Virus record (IMG/VR): IMGVR_UViG_3300049491_000083
Coordinates: 1 to 64,000 of that record
Length of the DNA: 64,000 nucleotides
Source of the DNA: a virus
Strand: one strand, 5' to 3'
Within the stretch, counting starts at the first letter, position 1. Every line of letters starts with the position of its first letter. The translations under genes and the position numbers were made by a program. Below the pieces are notes generated by a model, which worked only from the letters and a program-made list of their open reading frames with translations, made no database searches and was not told the origin of the DNA. Of this stretch, positions 9,368 to 17,010 are shown piece by piece.

Positions 9368-9475
9368 TTGACGAGCCGGATTGTTTCGGTTATCATTGCC
9401 AAAATTAATGAGGCAAGGTTCGATTCCTTCCTGTACGGGGTGGCCCCCATCCGATTCACAAAGCATGTTCGTCAA
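9368..9475 (+). ncRNA. Y-RNA-like unit 4 (T-arm cargo)
   Basis: TTGACGAGC/GTTCGTCAA (compensatory C-G); TCGG/CCGA; AAGG-TTCGATT-CCTT. Confidence 0.7.
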
Positions 9476-9481
9476 CACAAC

Positions 9482-9619
9482 TTAATACGAGTCGAATTGA
9501 AGTCGATTATCCAATTCAAATGGGGTTATATCGGTTCGAATCCGGTCCCGTCCACCATGGGCGGGTAGTTTAATGGCAAAACACCTAAAATTCGATTTCT
9601 ACTAATATATTCGTGTTAA
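9482..9619 (+). ncRNA. YrlA-like Y RNA, unit 5 (circularly permuted tRNA cargo)
   Basis: TTAATACGAGT/ATTCGTGTTAA; T arm, then acceptor stem closed by ACCAT, then D arm; immediately upstream of Ro60. Confidence 0.85.
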
Positions 9620-9653
9620 CTACAATGCCCCACAGGGGCCGAAAGGAAAGAAA

Positions 9654-11255
9654 ATGTCTACTGCACTAAAGAATGTTTCATTCAAGAACACACAGCAGAC
9701 CGTTCAGGCACGTCCTGATCAGGTTAAGAACTCTGCTGGTGGGTACGTATTCCAGACCGCAGACAAGGATCGCCTAGAGCGCTTCCTGATCATCGGTACT
9801 GACGGCGGTACCTACTACGCATCTGAGTCAAAGATCACCAACGACAACACCAAGTTTATCGTTGAACTGATCCGTTGTAATGAGGATCTTGTTCGGGATA
9901 CCCTTGTTGACGTGTCGGTCAATGGTCGTGCGTACAAGAATTCCCCTGCACTCTTCACCCTTGCCCTGCTTTTCGTAGAGGGCACCAACAAGGCTGCCGC
10001 AAAGGATGCTTTGCAGAAGGTTGCTAGGACTTCAACACATCTTTTTGAGTTCGCTCAGTACATTGAGAACCTTGGTGGCTGGGGACGCGCAAAGCGTTCT
10101 GCCGTTGCCGAGTGGTACACGTCTAAGGAAACTGACAATCTGGCCTACCAGTTCGTCAAGTACCGTCAGCGTGACGGCTGGACTCACCGCGACCTTATGC
10201 GACTGTCTCACCCCGTTGGTATCGAAGCCAACACCGCCAACTTTGCCCTAGGCAAGGATCACGGTATTGCGCCTCGTATCATTAGCGGATTTGAGATTGT
10301 CCAGCAGGCTGAGAATGTCCAGCAGGTTCTCAACGCCCTGTCGTCTTTCAAGGATCTGCCATGGGAAGCAATTCCTACCCAGTTCCTTAAGGACCCCAAG
10401 GTGTGGAAGGCCCTGTTCTACAACGATCAGTTGAAGGGTCAGGCCCTTATCCGTAACATCGTCAGGCTCTCACGCAACGGTGCTTTCAATGACCTTGCGT
10501 TTGCGGCTGACTACGCAGCACGCCTTACCGATGTAGAAATGATCCGTAAGACTCGTCTGCACCCCGTTAACTACCTTAACGCTCTTGTGACATACACAGA
10601 GGGTCAGGTACCACGGGACGGTTGGGGCACTGGTTGGGGATACCGGATTTCCCGCAAGATCGATTGGACCCCTCGTGGGCCTCTCGTGGATGCGCTGAAC
10701 GAAGGCTTCCACCAGTCATTCAAGTTCGTAGAGCCTGCTAACAAGCGGACACTCCTAGGAGTTGACGTGTCAGGTTCTATGGCATCAGCAGCAATGGGCA
10801 CCGACCTGTCGTGTGCACAGGTGGCTGGCGCTATGGCAATGACCATTGCCCGAACTGAGCCTGCCTACGAGATTCGTGGATTCGCGGGTACATTTGTTGA
10901 TCTTGGCATCACCGCCAAGACGGGTCTGTCTGATGCAATGAACAAGGTCCAGAGGGCCAACTTCGGAACTACAGACTGCTCGCTGCCTATGCAGTACGCA
11001 CTTCAAAACAAGTTGGAGATTGATACGTTCGTGGTGATCACGGACAACGAGACTTACGCAGGTAGGCCTCATCCGTATCAGGCTCTTAAGAACTACCGTG
11101 ACAGGACTGGCATCGACGCACGGCTTGCCGTGCTTGGTGTTGCCTCAAACGGGTTCACTATCGCTGATCCCAAGGATCGTGGTATGATGGACTTTGTTGG
11201 ATTTGACAGCAATGCACCCAAGGTGCTTGCAGACTTCTCCGCAGGTAGGCTATAA
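9654..11255 (+). CDS. rsr: Ro60/Rsr TROVE-domain RNA-binding protein
   Basis: NSAGGYVF...RLERFLIIGTDGGTYY, KYRQRDGWTHRDLMRLSH, vWA MIDAS DVSGSM and TDNET. Confidence 0.95.
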   Translation: MSTALKNVSFKNTQQTVQARPDQVKNSAGGYVFQTADKDRLERFLIIGTDGGTYYASESKITNDNTKFIVELIRCNEDLVRDTLVDVSVNGRAYKNSPALFTLALLFVEGTNKAAAKDALQKVARTSTHLFEFAQYIENLGGWGRAKRSAVAEWYTSKETDNLAYQFVKYRQRDGWTHRDLMRLSHPVGIEANTANFALGKDHGIAPRIISGFEIVQQAENVQQVLNALSSFKDLPWEAIPTQFLKDPKVWKALFYNDQLKGQALIRNIVRLSRNGAFNDLAFAADYAARLTDVEMIRKTRLHPVNYLNALVTYTEGQVPRDGWGTGWGYRISRKIDWTPRGPLVDALNEGFHQSFKFVEPANKRTLLGVDVSGSMASAAMGTDLSCAQVAGAMAMTIARTEPAYEIRGFAGTFVDLGITAKTGLSDAMNKVQRANFGTTDCSLPMQYALQNKLEIDTFVVITDNETYAGRPHPYQALKNYRDRTGIDARLAVLGVASNGFTIADPKDRGMMDFVGFDSNAPKVLADFSAGRL

Positions 11256-11273
11256 TATTCCCATCAGGGAAGC

Positions 11274-11301
11274 GCACCTGAGCATGTGTTAAAACTGCTC
11301 A
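11274..11301 (+). ncRNA. H-type pseudoknot motif, copy 1
   Basis: GCAC/GTGT stem; loop CTGAGCAT pairs with TGCTCA. Confidence 0.55.
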
Positions 11302-11306
11302 CACAA

Positions 11307-11387
11307 GCCCGAGTGGTGAAATGGTAGACACGCTAGTCTTAGGAACTAGTGCCGTCAGGCGTGTCGGTTCGAATCCGACCTTGGGTA
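11307..11387 (+). tRNA. tRNA-Leu(TAG)
   Basis: Cloverleaf with long variable arm; CTAGT-CTTAGGA-ACTAG. Confidence 0.93.
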
Positions 11388-11527
11388 CAATGGAGTCGCC
11401 GCACAGATATCAGAGTTAATCGCCTGATGAGCAGCGAGAACGGCTAGCCTCTCCAGAGATATGAATGATAATCGTATCGTTAGTGGTAAGTGCAGTACGA
11501 ACGGGTTGACTGCAAACTGCCACTCAT

Positions 11528-11608
11528 GGCCTTGTGGTGGAATGGCAGACACGCAAGTTTCAAAAACTTGTGCCTTCGGGCGTGTGGGTTCGACTCCCAC
11601 TAGGGCTA
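11528..11608 (+). tRNA. tRNA-Leu(CAA)
   Basis: CAAGT-TTCAAAA-ACTTG; long variable arm. Confidence 0.92.
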
Positions 11609-11652
11609 CAACTATTGACAATCCCCCTCTTTTGGAGTATGATAGTCCTAGA

Positions 11653-11733
11653 GGCCTAATGGTGAAATGGCAGACACAGCGGATTTAAGTCCCGCCGCCG
11701 AAAGGCATGAGAGTTCGAATCTCTCTTGGGCTA
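11653..11733 (+). tRNA. tRNA-Leu(TAA)
   Basis: Loop TTTAAGT; long variable arm; own promoter TTGACA-17-TATGAT at 11615-11643. Confidence 0.88.
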
Positions 11734-11758
11734 CGCCAAACGAACAATGGAGGGAAAA

Positions 11759-12592
11759 ATGAAGAGATTTATTAAGATAGGGACTGTCCTCATGGCAGCA
11801 ACCCTCATCTTCGCACCAGCAGCAATGGCAACCGGCGACGGTGGTGGCGGAAATCCGCACCCCATGGTCACCATCTGTCACGTCACACCCGGCAATTCGG
11901 TAACGCTGACTCTGCCTGAGGATCAGGCCAATGGTCACCTTACCGGCAAGTCGGCAGGGCACGATGAGAATGGCCCGGTAAAGGATTATCTTGGCGAATG
12001 CAAGGAAGATCCCAAGCCCCCGGTCGTATCTCCTGTAGCACCTGAGGTAGTAGCATCTACTCAGTGTGAGGTTAATGGATCTGTTACTCCCGCAACTACT
12101 GCTAATGTAGTTTATGTCGTTGGCGGTACCTCGCCCACGGCTATCACGGTAACGGCAACTCCTGCACAGGGATTCAAGTTTTCTGGTGAGTCTCAGCAGG
12201 TAGTCTACGGTCCATACGACGTGAGCGCAAGCAAGTGCCCATCGTCACCCCCAACAGAGCCACCCGCTCCCCCAGCAGGACCCCCTGCACCACCCAAGGA
12301 CTTCTGTCCTGATCTAGAGGGTGTCCAGTGGGAGAACTATGACTGCAATACCGGTCAGGTTGTGCCAGTGGCTCCTGTAGAGACTCCAACAGCGACACCG
12401 GTACCTACTGAGACTCCTGTAGTCGATGTACCCGTTGTTGAGGTTCCTGACAAGCCAGTCATCCCCAGCGAGCAAATTGACGCTGGCGAGCAGCCCGAAG
12501 GCAATCCTTGGCTGCTTGGAATCCTGTACGGAATGATCATCGGTGGCGTAGCCGCTTGCGGAATCGCAGCAGTACGACTCTGGAATAAGTAG
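11759..12592 (+). CDS. Secreted Pro/Thr-rich, C-terminally anchored surface protein
   Basis: Signal peptide (MKRFIK...APAAMA), Pro-rich linker, IDAG motif, TM helix, basic tail; start moved to ATG 11759 (GGAGG RBS). Confidence 0.75.
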   Translation: MKRFIKIGTVLMAATLIFAPAAMATGDGGGGNPHPMVTICHVTPGNSVTLTLPEDQANGHLTGKSAGHDENGPVKDYLGECKEDPKPPVVSPVAPEVVASTQCEVNGSVTPATTANVVYVVGGTSPTAITVTATPAQGFKFSGESQQVVYGPYDVSASKCPSSPPTEPPAPPAGPPAPPKDFCPDLEGVQWENYDCNTGQVVPVAPVETPTATPVPTETPVVDVPVVEVPDKPVIPSEQIDAGEQPEGNPWLLGILYGMIIGGVAACGIAAVRLWNK

Positions 12593-12598
12593 CATCAC

Positions 12599-12626
12599 GG
12601 TCCTGAGCATGACCCTAAACTGCTCG
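12599..12626 (+). ncRNA. H-type pseudoknot motif, copy 2
   Basis: GGTC/GACC stem; same CTGAGCAT loop and AAACTGCTC. Confidence 0.55.
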
Positions 12627-12744
12627 CTTTCAAATGATACAATCAGTCTATGTACTGTGACATACATCAAACTAAATACGAACTTGATGAAGATGGTTGG
12701 CCCGATTGCTTGACACGGGTACAGAAATAGGCTACAATAGTTCT

Positions 12745-12813
12745 TGCGGGATAGTGAAACGGCATCACACCGGCCTCATAAGCCGGAATTAGGGTTCGAC
12801 TCCCTGACCGCTA
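12745..12813 (+). tRNA. tRNA-Met(CAT), degenerate acceptor stem
   Basis: CCGGC-CTCATAA-GCCGG; 3' acceptor strand appears one nt short; promoter TTGACA-17-TACAAT at 12710-12738. Confidence 0.7.
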
Positions 12814-12814
12814 C

Positions 12815-12887
12815 GCCACAATAACTCAGTAGGTAGAGTGTCTCACTTGTAATGAGAATGTCGCGGGTTCGATTCCTGCTTGTGGCT
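12815..12887 (+). tRNA. tRNA-Thr(TGT)
   Basis: TCTCA-CTTGTAA-TGAGA. Confidence 0.93.
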
Positions 12888-13072
12888 CAAACGCTGTCTA
12901 TCAGGCAACTAAAGATACTGTCTGGTATAAAGCAAACGGTCCTGCCGATCACAGGAATACGCGCAAAGTCAGACACAGCGGGAGCGGTTGCAAACGCTCT
13001 ACCCTTCGTCCTCTGGACTGCAATCCAGCCACGGAGTTACCGGGAGACAAATTCACAAATCCCCGGTGCCAA

Positions 13073-13145
13073 GGTCCGTTGGAGTAGCGGTAATCTCGCT
13101 TCCCTCTCAAGGAAGAGAACAAGGGTTCAAATCCCTTACGGACTA
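13073..13145 (+). tRNA. tRNA-Glu(CTC)
   Basis: CTTCC-CTCTCAA-GGAAG. Confidence 0.92.
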
Positions 13146-13252
13146 CAGACCCATCCTCTGGTCACTGTGAGTAAGAATGTCCTTGTATAAGGAATCAGGT
13201 CAGGGGCTTACACAGCGGTACGCGCACTATCGTCGGGGCCAAGTGCGCACAA

Positions 13253-13326
13253 TGGAAGTTCGTCTAATGGCAAGACGACTGACTTTGGATCAGTCTATCG
13301 GAGTTCGAATCTCTGACTTCCAGCCA
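13253..13326 (+). tRNA. tRNA-Gln(TTG)
   Basis: ACTGA-CTTTGGA-TCAGT; encoded CCA. Confidence 0.93.
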
Positions 13327-13512
13327 GTTTGTTCATGTTGGTGTGTTATGATGAACGTCACATATACCCCACATGAACGGAGGATGAACATATGAAAAGA
13401 CTTGTATCCAAGTGGAAGTTCGACAAGGACGGCAAATTATATGCCGACTGGAAGAATCGCAAGGTAAAGAAGCATGTGCGCAGGCATCTGCTTGAACTAG
13501 TAAAGGATGACA

Positions 13513-13692
13513 GTGCCAACGTACCAGTACAGTTGTGACTCGTGTGGCAGTCAGGAAATATTTCAGCAAATGTCCGACGATACCTTGCAATCCTGTCCAT
13601 TATGCGGTAGACTAGGCTTCAAGAAAGTGTTCGCAGCGGTCGGGGTATCCTTCAAAGGCTCTGGCTTCTACTCAACAGACAAGGGAAAGTAA
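13513..13692 (+). CDS. FmdB-family zinc-ribbon protein
   Basis: MPTYQYSCDSCG...CPLCG...FKGSGFYSTD. Confidence 0.9.
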   Translation: MPTYQYSCDSCGSQEIFQQMSDDTLQSCPLCGRLGFKKVFAAVGVSFKGSGFYSTDKGK

Positions 13693-13895
13693 TGAATGTT
13701 TGGACAGAGATAGGCCAAAGCCTAGCCAAGTGGTTTACCGGTTTTATCTACGTTGCAGGCATGACCGCCGCAGGATACCTGATTGGCTGGCTCATGGGCA
13801 ACCAATGGACAGTAGAAATGTTTGTTTTCTTTGCATATTTCGTGCTGCTCCCTTACGCCTTCGGGTATATCTTCAGCATTGAGAGGAAGTTGTGA
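13692..13895 (+). CDS. Small 2-TM membrane protein
   Basis: Coupled ORF with two hydrophobic helices. Confidence 0.55.
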   Translation: MNVWTEIGQSLAKWFTGFIYVAGMTAAGYLIGWLMGNQWTVEMFVFFAYFVLLPYAFGYIFSIERKL

Positions 13896-14119
13896 CCAAT
13901 ACCAGCAAAGCCAATTTTCATATCAATAACGGCATCGCCTACCTTGAGAATCTTGAAATAGAGATTAGCCGTGCGCTGGATCTTGCCAAGCCGGGATCAT
14001 ATCTCTCTGATATGCTAACCGTCGTGCTTACCAACATTGCTAGTATAAATACCAAGTTGTCGGTAGCAGACGAACTCACCCTTGATACCCCCACAAATAC
14101 CAAGAATTTCATTCGCTAG
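13892..14119 (+). CDS. Hypothetical protein
   Basis: GTGA overlap, GAGGA RBS. Confidence 0.5.
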   Translation: MTNTSKANFHINNGIAYLENLEIEISRALDLAKPGSYLSDMLTVVLTNIASINTKLSVADELTLDTPTNTKNFIR

Positions 14120-14158
14120 GGTATTGACACCCCGCACGCCTCATGATAGGATGAAGCC

Positions 14159-14491
14159 ATGAGAAACAAGGAAATCTTCGCACCGGTAGAGGAACGACGC
14201 TACATCGAAATCGATATGGCTCACCTTGCCGACATTGAGCATACCTTCAATGATTTTGCTCAGGAAACCGGGGTATCGGTAGAAGATATCACTATGGAAA
14301 TAACCGAAGATGAATACACAATGTCAGAGGTCTACCTTGTTACCATGCGCGAGCCTAACGCCAAGGAAATAGCCGAGCGCAGGAAGGTGGCCGAAAGGTC
14401 AGCAGCCCTGACAAAGAAGTTGAAGGAAGAGCGCGAGGCTAACGAGCGCAAGATGTATGATAAACTCAGTAAGAAGTACGGGCCTCTGTAG
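14159..14491 (+). CDS. Hypothetical protein (leaderless)
   Basis: TTGACA-17-TAGGAT ends 6 nt before ATG; C-terminal ER..Y.KL..KYG motif. Confidence 0.65.
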   Translation: MRNKEIFAPVEERRYIEIDMAHLADIEHTFNDFAQETGVSVEDITMEITEDEYTMSEVYLVTMREPNAKEIAERRKVAERSAALTKKLKEEREANERKMYDKLSKKYGPL

Positions 14492-14554
14492 TTCAATGGA
14501 TGAACGGCTGGCTTCTATCCAGCGCGTATGAAGGTTCGAATCCTTTCAGGGGCA
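14482..14554 (+). tRNA. tRNA-Arg(TCT)
   Basis: GCTGG-CTTCTAT-CCAGC; overlaps the stop of the upstream CDS. Confidence 0.88.
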
Positions 14555-14577
14555 CACCTACGATCTAAGGACAAATA

Positions 14578-14832
14578 ATGGCTGGACGACGTAAGAAAAT
14601 AGAGGATCATACGCCTCAGAAGCGCGGATCTGCCCCCTGTGGATGGTGTATTACGGGCGATCATGCTGATTGCAAGCGATCCTACCTGTACTCCGACTGC
14701 TCATGCGCCTGCGCTGGCCCTGTGGCCAAGCCTCGCACACGAAAGGCACCGGTAGCGTCACCGGTAGCCCCAAAGATTTCTGTAGCCCCAGAGAGGCCCA
14801 GAAAGCCTCTCGTGCCCCGGAAGGGTGGATAG
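14578..14832 (+). CDS. Basic Cys-rich hypothetical protein
   Basis: AAGGA RBS; CGWC..H..C...CSCAC. Confidence 0.55.
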   Translation: MAGRRKKIEDHTPQKRGSAPCGWCITGDHADCKRSYLYSDCSCACAGPVAKPRTRKAPVASPVAPKISVAPERPRKPLVPRKGG

Positions 14833-15118
14833 CATGACCAAGGTAAGCATGGAATTCACTACTGAAGAGTGGGATCTTATCGCTGATGCCCTGAATACAG
14901 CCGGGGAACAATGGAATGGCGACGATGCCGGTATGATTCACGATATAATCATGGATATCTACAGGCATCTACCATGAAGCAATTCCCTAGGGACCATGAC
15001 CCCATCCTCATTGCAGCAGAAACGGCATGGGCAGAAGGCGACAGAGAAGAGTATACTAGACTAGTCAATCGTTGGTGTAAAGAGAACGGCTATACATTCA
15101 ACGGTTGGCGCTGGACGC

Positions 15119-15420
15119 GGGGATGAAAGGTTTCGACCTTGCGGGAAGGTATCAGCAGTACCACAACACAACAATAAATGCAAACACACAAACCGCATTC
15201 GCCCTAGCAGCATGAGGGCCGTGGGGCCACTCCATAGGAACAGAAAGTGGCATGGAAAGATATCCTTTGCATTAATGTAAAGGGTAAGTTACACCGTCGG
15301 GGATATCCCCCGCAAACGCAACAAACACAAATAGTATGACCGTTGGTTGTGCTTTTTGTGGCTACAAAGACGCTGATATTGGAAGGCAATGGGACCGGGG
15401 TTCGATTCCCCGCATCTCCA
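15119..15420 (+). ncRNA. ssrA: tmRNA; tag ANTQTAFALAA
   Basis: GGGGATGAAAGGTTTCGAC 5' end; GGGGTTCGATTCCCCGCATCTCCA 3' end with G3:U; resume codon GCA at 15180 after AAATAAAT; TGA at 15213-15215. Confidence 0.95.
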
Positions 15421-15437
15421 CAACGAAAGGATAGGCA

Positions 15438-16259
15438 ATGTTCACTACATTCACGAGGGATCGCGCAGGCTTTGCTGGTGACTGGCACGGCAATACCGGC
15501 TGGGCACTCCATTGCCTTGACGTATTCAAGTCTCACGATATCTATACAATCTATCAGGTTGGTGACTTCGGGGTATGGGGTGGTAATGATGGTGCCTCGT
15601 ACCTGCGTAAGATCAATACCAGATTGAACATGAACAATCAGGATTTGATCGTCGTACCCGGCAATCACGAGAACTACGATATGCTTGACAAGTTCCCGAT
15701 CAATGAAGATGGATTCATGCAGCGCCCTGACCTTGACCGCATTCAGTTTGCTCCCCGTGGGCATGTGTGGCATCACAATAGCGCTCGCTTTGCTGCCATG
15801 GGCGGTGCTTTCAGCATCGACAAGAACATGCGCACAGAGGGACGGTCATGGTGGCCTCAGGAGGCCATTACGCCTGAGGACGTAGAGGCTCTCAAGCGCA
15901 ATCTTGACAAGCGTCTATGGCTCAGCGTGGACGTGTTCCTGAGCCACGATATTCCTGCCGGGGTAGATGTAGGACACAAGGCCTTCGGCCTGCCTGCTGA
16001 ATTGGAGTATGAGGCAAATCGCCAGCGTGTACTGCTTCGCCATGCTGTTGACTATGCGCGTCCGCGAACGCTTGTCCATGGACATTGGCACAAGCGCATT
16101 CGTCAGATCCTTATAGGCGACTCGCACACAGACGATTCCTATACGACTCAGATCTATGGCCTTGATATGGACGTGACGCAGGATAATATGATCGTGGCAG
16201 ACGTGGCCCCGTTCATCGGACTGTACAATGTTCAAGTAATCACAGGAGAGCCAGAATGA
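15438..16259 (+). CDS. Calcineurin-like metallophosphoesterase
   Basis: GDWHG, GDFG, GNHE, SHD and HGHWH motifs. Confidence 0.9.
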   Translation: MFTTFTRDRAGFAGDWHGNTGWALHCLDVFKSHDIYTIYQVGDFGVWGGNDGASYLRKINTRLNMNNQDLIVVPGNHENYDMLDKFPINEDGFMQRPDLDRIQFAPRGHVWHHNSARFAAMGGAFSIDKNMRTEGRSWWPQEAITPEDVEALKRNLDKRLWLSVDVFLSHDIPAGVDVGHKAFGLPAELEYEANRQRVLLRHAVDYARPRTLVHGHWHKRIRQILIGDSHTDDSYTTQIYGLDMDVTQDNMIVADVAPFIGLYNVQVITGEPE

Positions 16260-16531
16260 TCAATCAAGGGTGGCAATGCCCGGTATGCAAGAGAGTCTAT
16301 GCACCATCGGTAGCAACATGCTGGAACTGTCCTCAGCAGTATCAGTATGGCTATGGGACCAATGAGCCTAAGACCCCTCGCTGGAATGGCAACGTATCGG
16401 TTCGCTGTGCCGTCCTGCACCCACCCGGCTATGTCTGCAACTACGGTCATGAGTAGTGGCATAGTCCTAGGATTCATCTATCTGGCATCGGCTTGGATAC
16501 TTGTCGAATCAATCGTACTCTGGAGAAGGAA

Positions 16532-16738
16532 ATGAACATATCATACGACGACTGGCTGCAAATCGGCATTTTGGCTGGGTGGGCAGAGGAATTCTGCTAT
16601 ACGCACGAAAAGCGTCCGATGACGGACGACGAGTGGGTAGAGTTCTATGGCTCGGACCCGCATATCCGTGCGCTGGCTATTTGGCCGGGGAGTAAGCCGT
16701 ACCGTATCCCTTTGCCAGCAATTCCTGATTCAGATTAA
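16532..16738 (+). CDS. Hypothetical protein
   Basis: AAGGA RBS; WL..GI..GW...C..H pattern. Confidence 0.5.
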   Translation: MNISYDDWLQIGILAGWAEEFCYTHEKRPMTDDEWVEFYGSDPHIRALAIWPGSKPYRIPLPAIPDSD

Positions 16739-17003
16739 GACCATCAACAATGACGGTAGCAAGATACCTGCCGTACTTCTCCTGCTTGTCCATCTGGGTA
16801 TTCAGGATGACAGACTGACCGGGCCAGCACAATGACTGAACAAACGCTGTTGCTGCTTGGCCCTCAGGAGTGAATCGCTCGGGTGTATTAATACCCACAA
16901 GCCGAAATCGCATCTTCAGGTAGACGTGGAATCCCACGTCAACGATAGCATCAAGAGTGTCCCCGTCAACAATACGGTCGATTGTGGCATTGTAGGTGTA
17001 CAT
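16677..17003 (-). CDS. Thermonuclease (SNase) family nuclease
   Basis: RIVDGDT...RLVGINTPE...KYGRYLA...LNQELL; leaderless start at 17003. Confidence 0.9.
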   Translation of the reverse strand: MYTYNATIDRIVDGDTLDAIVDVGFHVYLKMRFRLVGINTPERFTPEGQAATAFVQSLCWPGQSVILNTQMDKQEKYGRYLATVIVDGLNLNQELLAKGYGTAYSPAK

Positions 17004-17010
17004 AGAACTA

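Noticed and set aside
9368-9568. 66-aa ORF in the track
   Set aside because: TTG start without an RBS; it runs across RNA units 4-5.
9530-9586. Ordinary tRNA gene or two broken tRNA pseudogenes
   Set aside because: There is no anticodon arm, and the two halves pair with each other in permuted order inside the unit-5 stems.
9034-9619. CRISPR array
   Set aside because: Repeats are not identical, each unit's two ends pair with each other, and insert lengths vary several-fold. The only Cas-like gene is a Cas4-like exonuclease in the replication module, which is usual for phages.
11431-11450. Hammerhead ribozyme (CTGATGAG)
   Set aside because: No correctly placed GAAA and stem II; the CTGAT pairs with upstream ATCAG.
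12852-13395. ORFs 12852-13190 and 13177-13395
   Set aside because: They overlap tRNA-Thr, tRNA-Glu and tRNA-Gln and have no convincing RBS.
15204-15776. Minus-strand 190-aa ORF
   Set aside because: Antisense to the tmRNA and the metallophosphoesterase.
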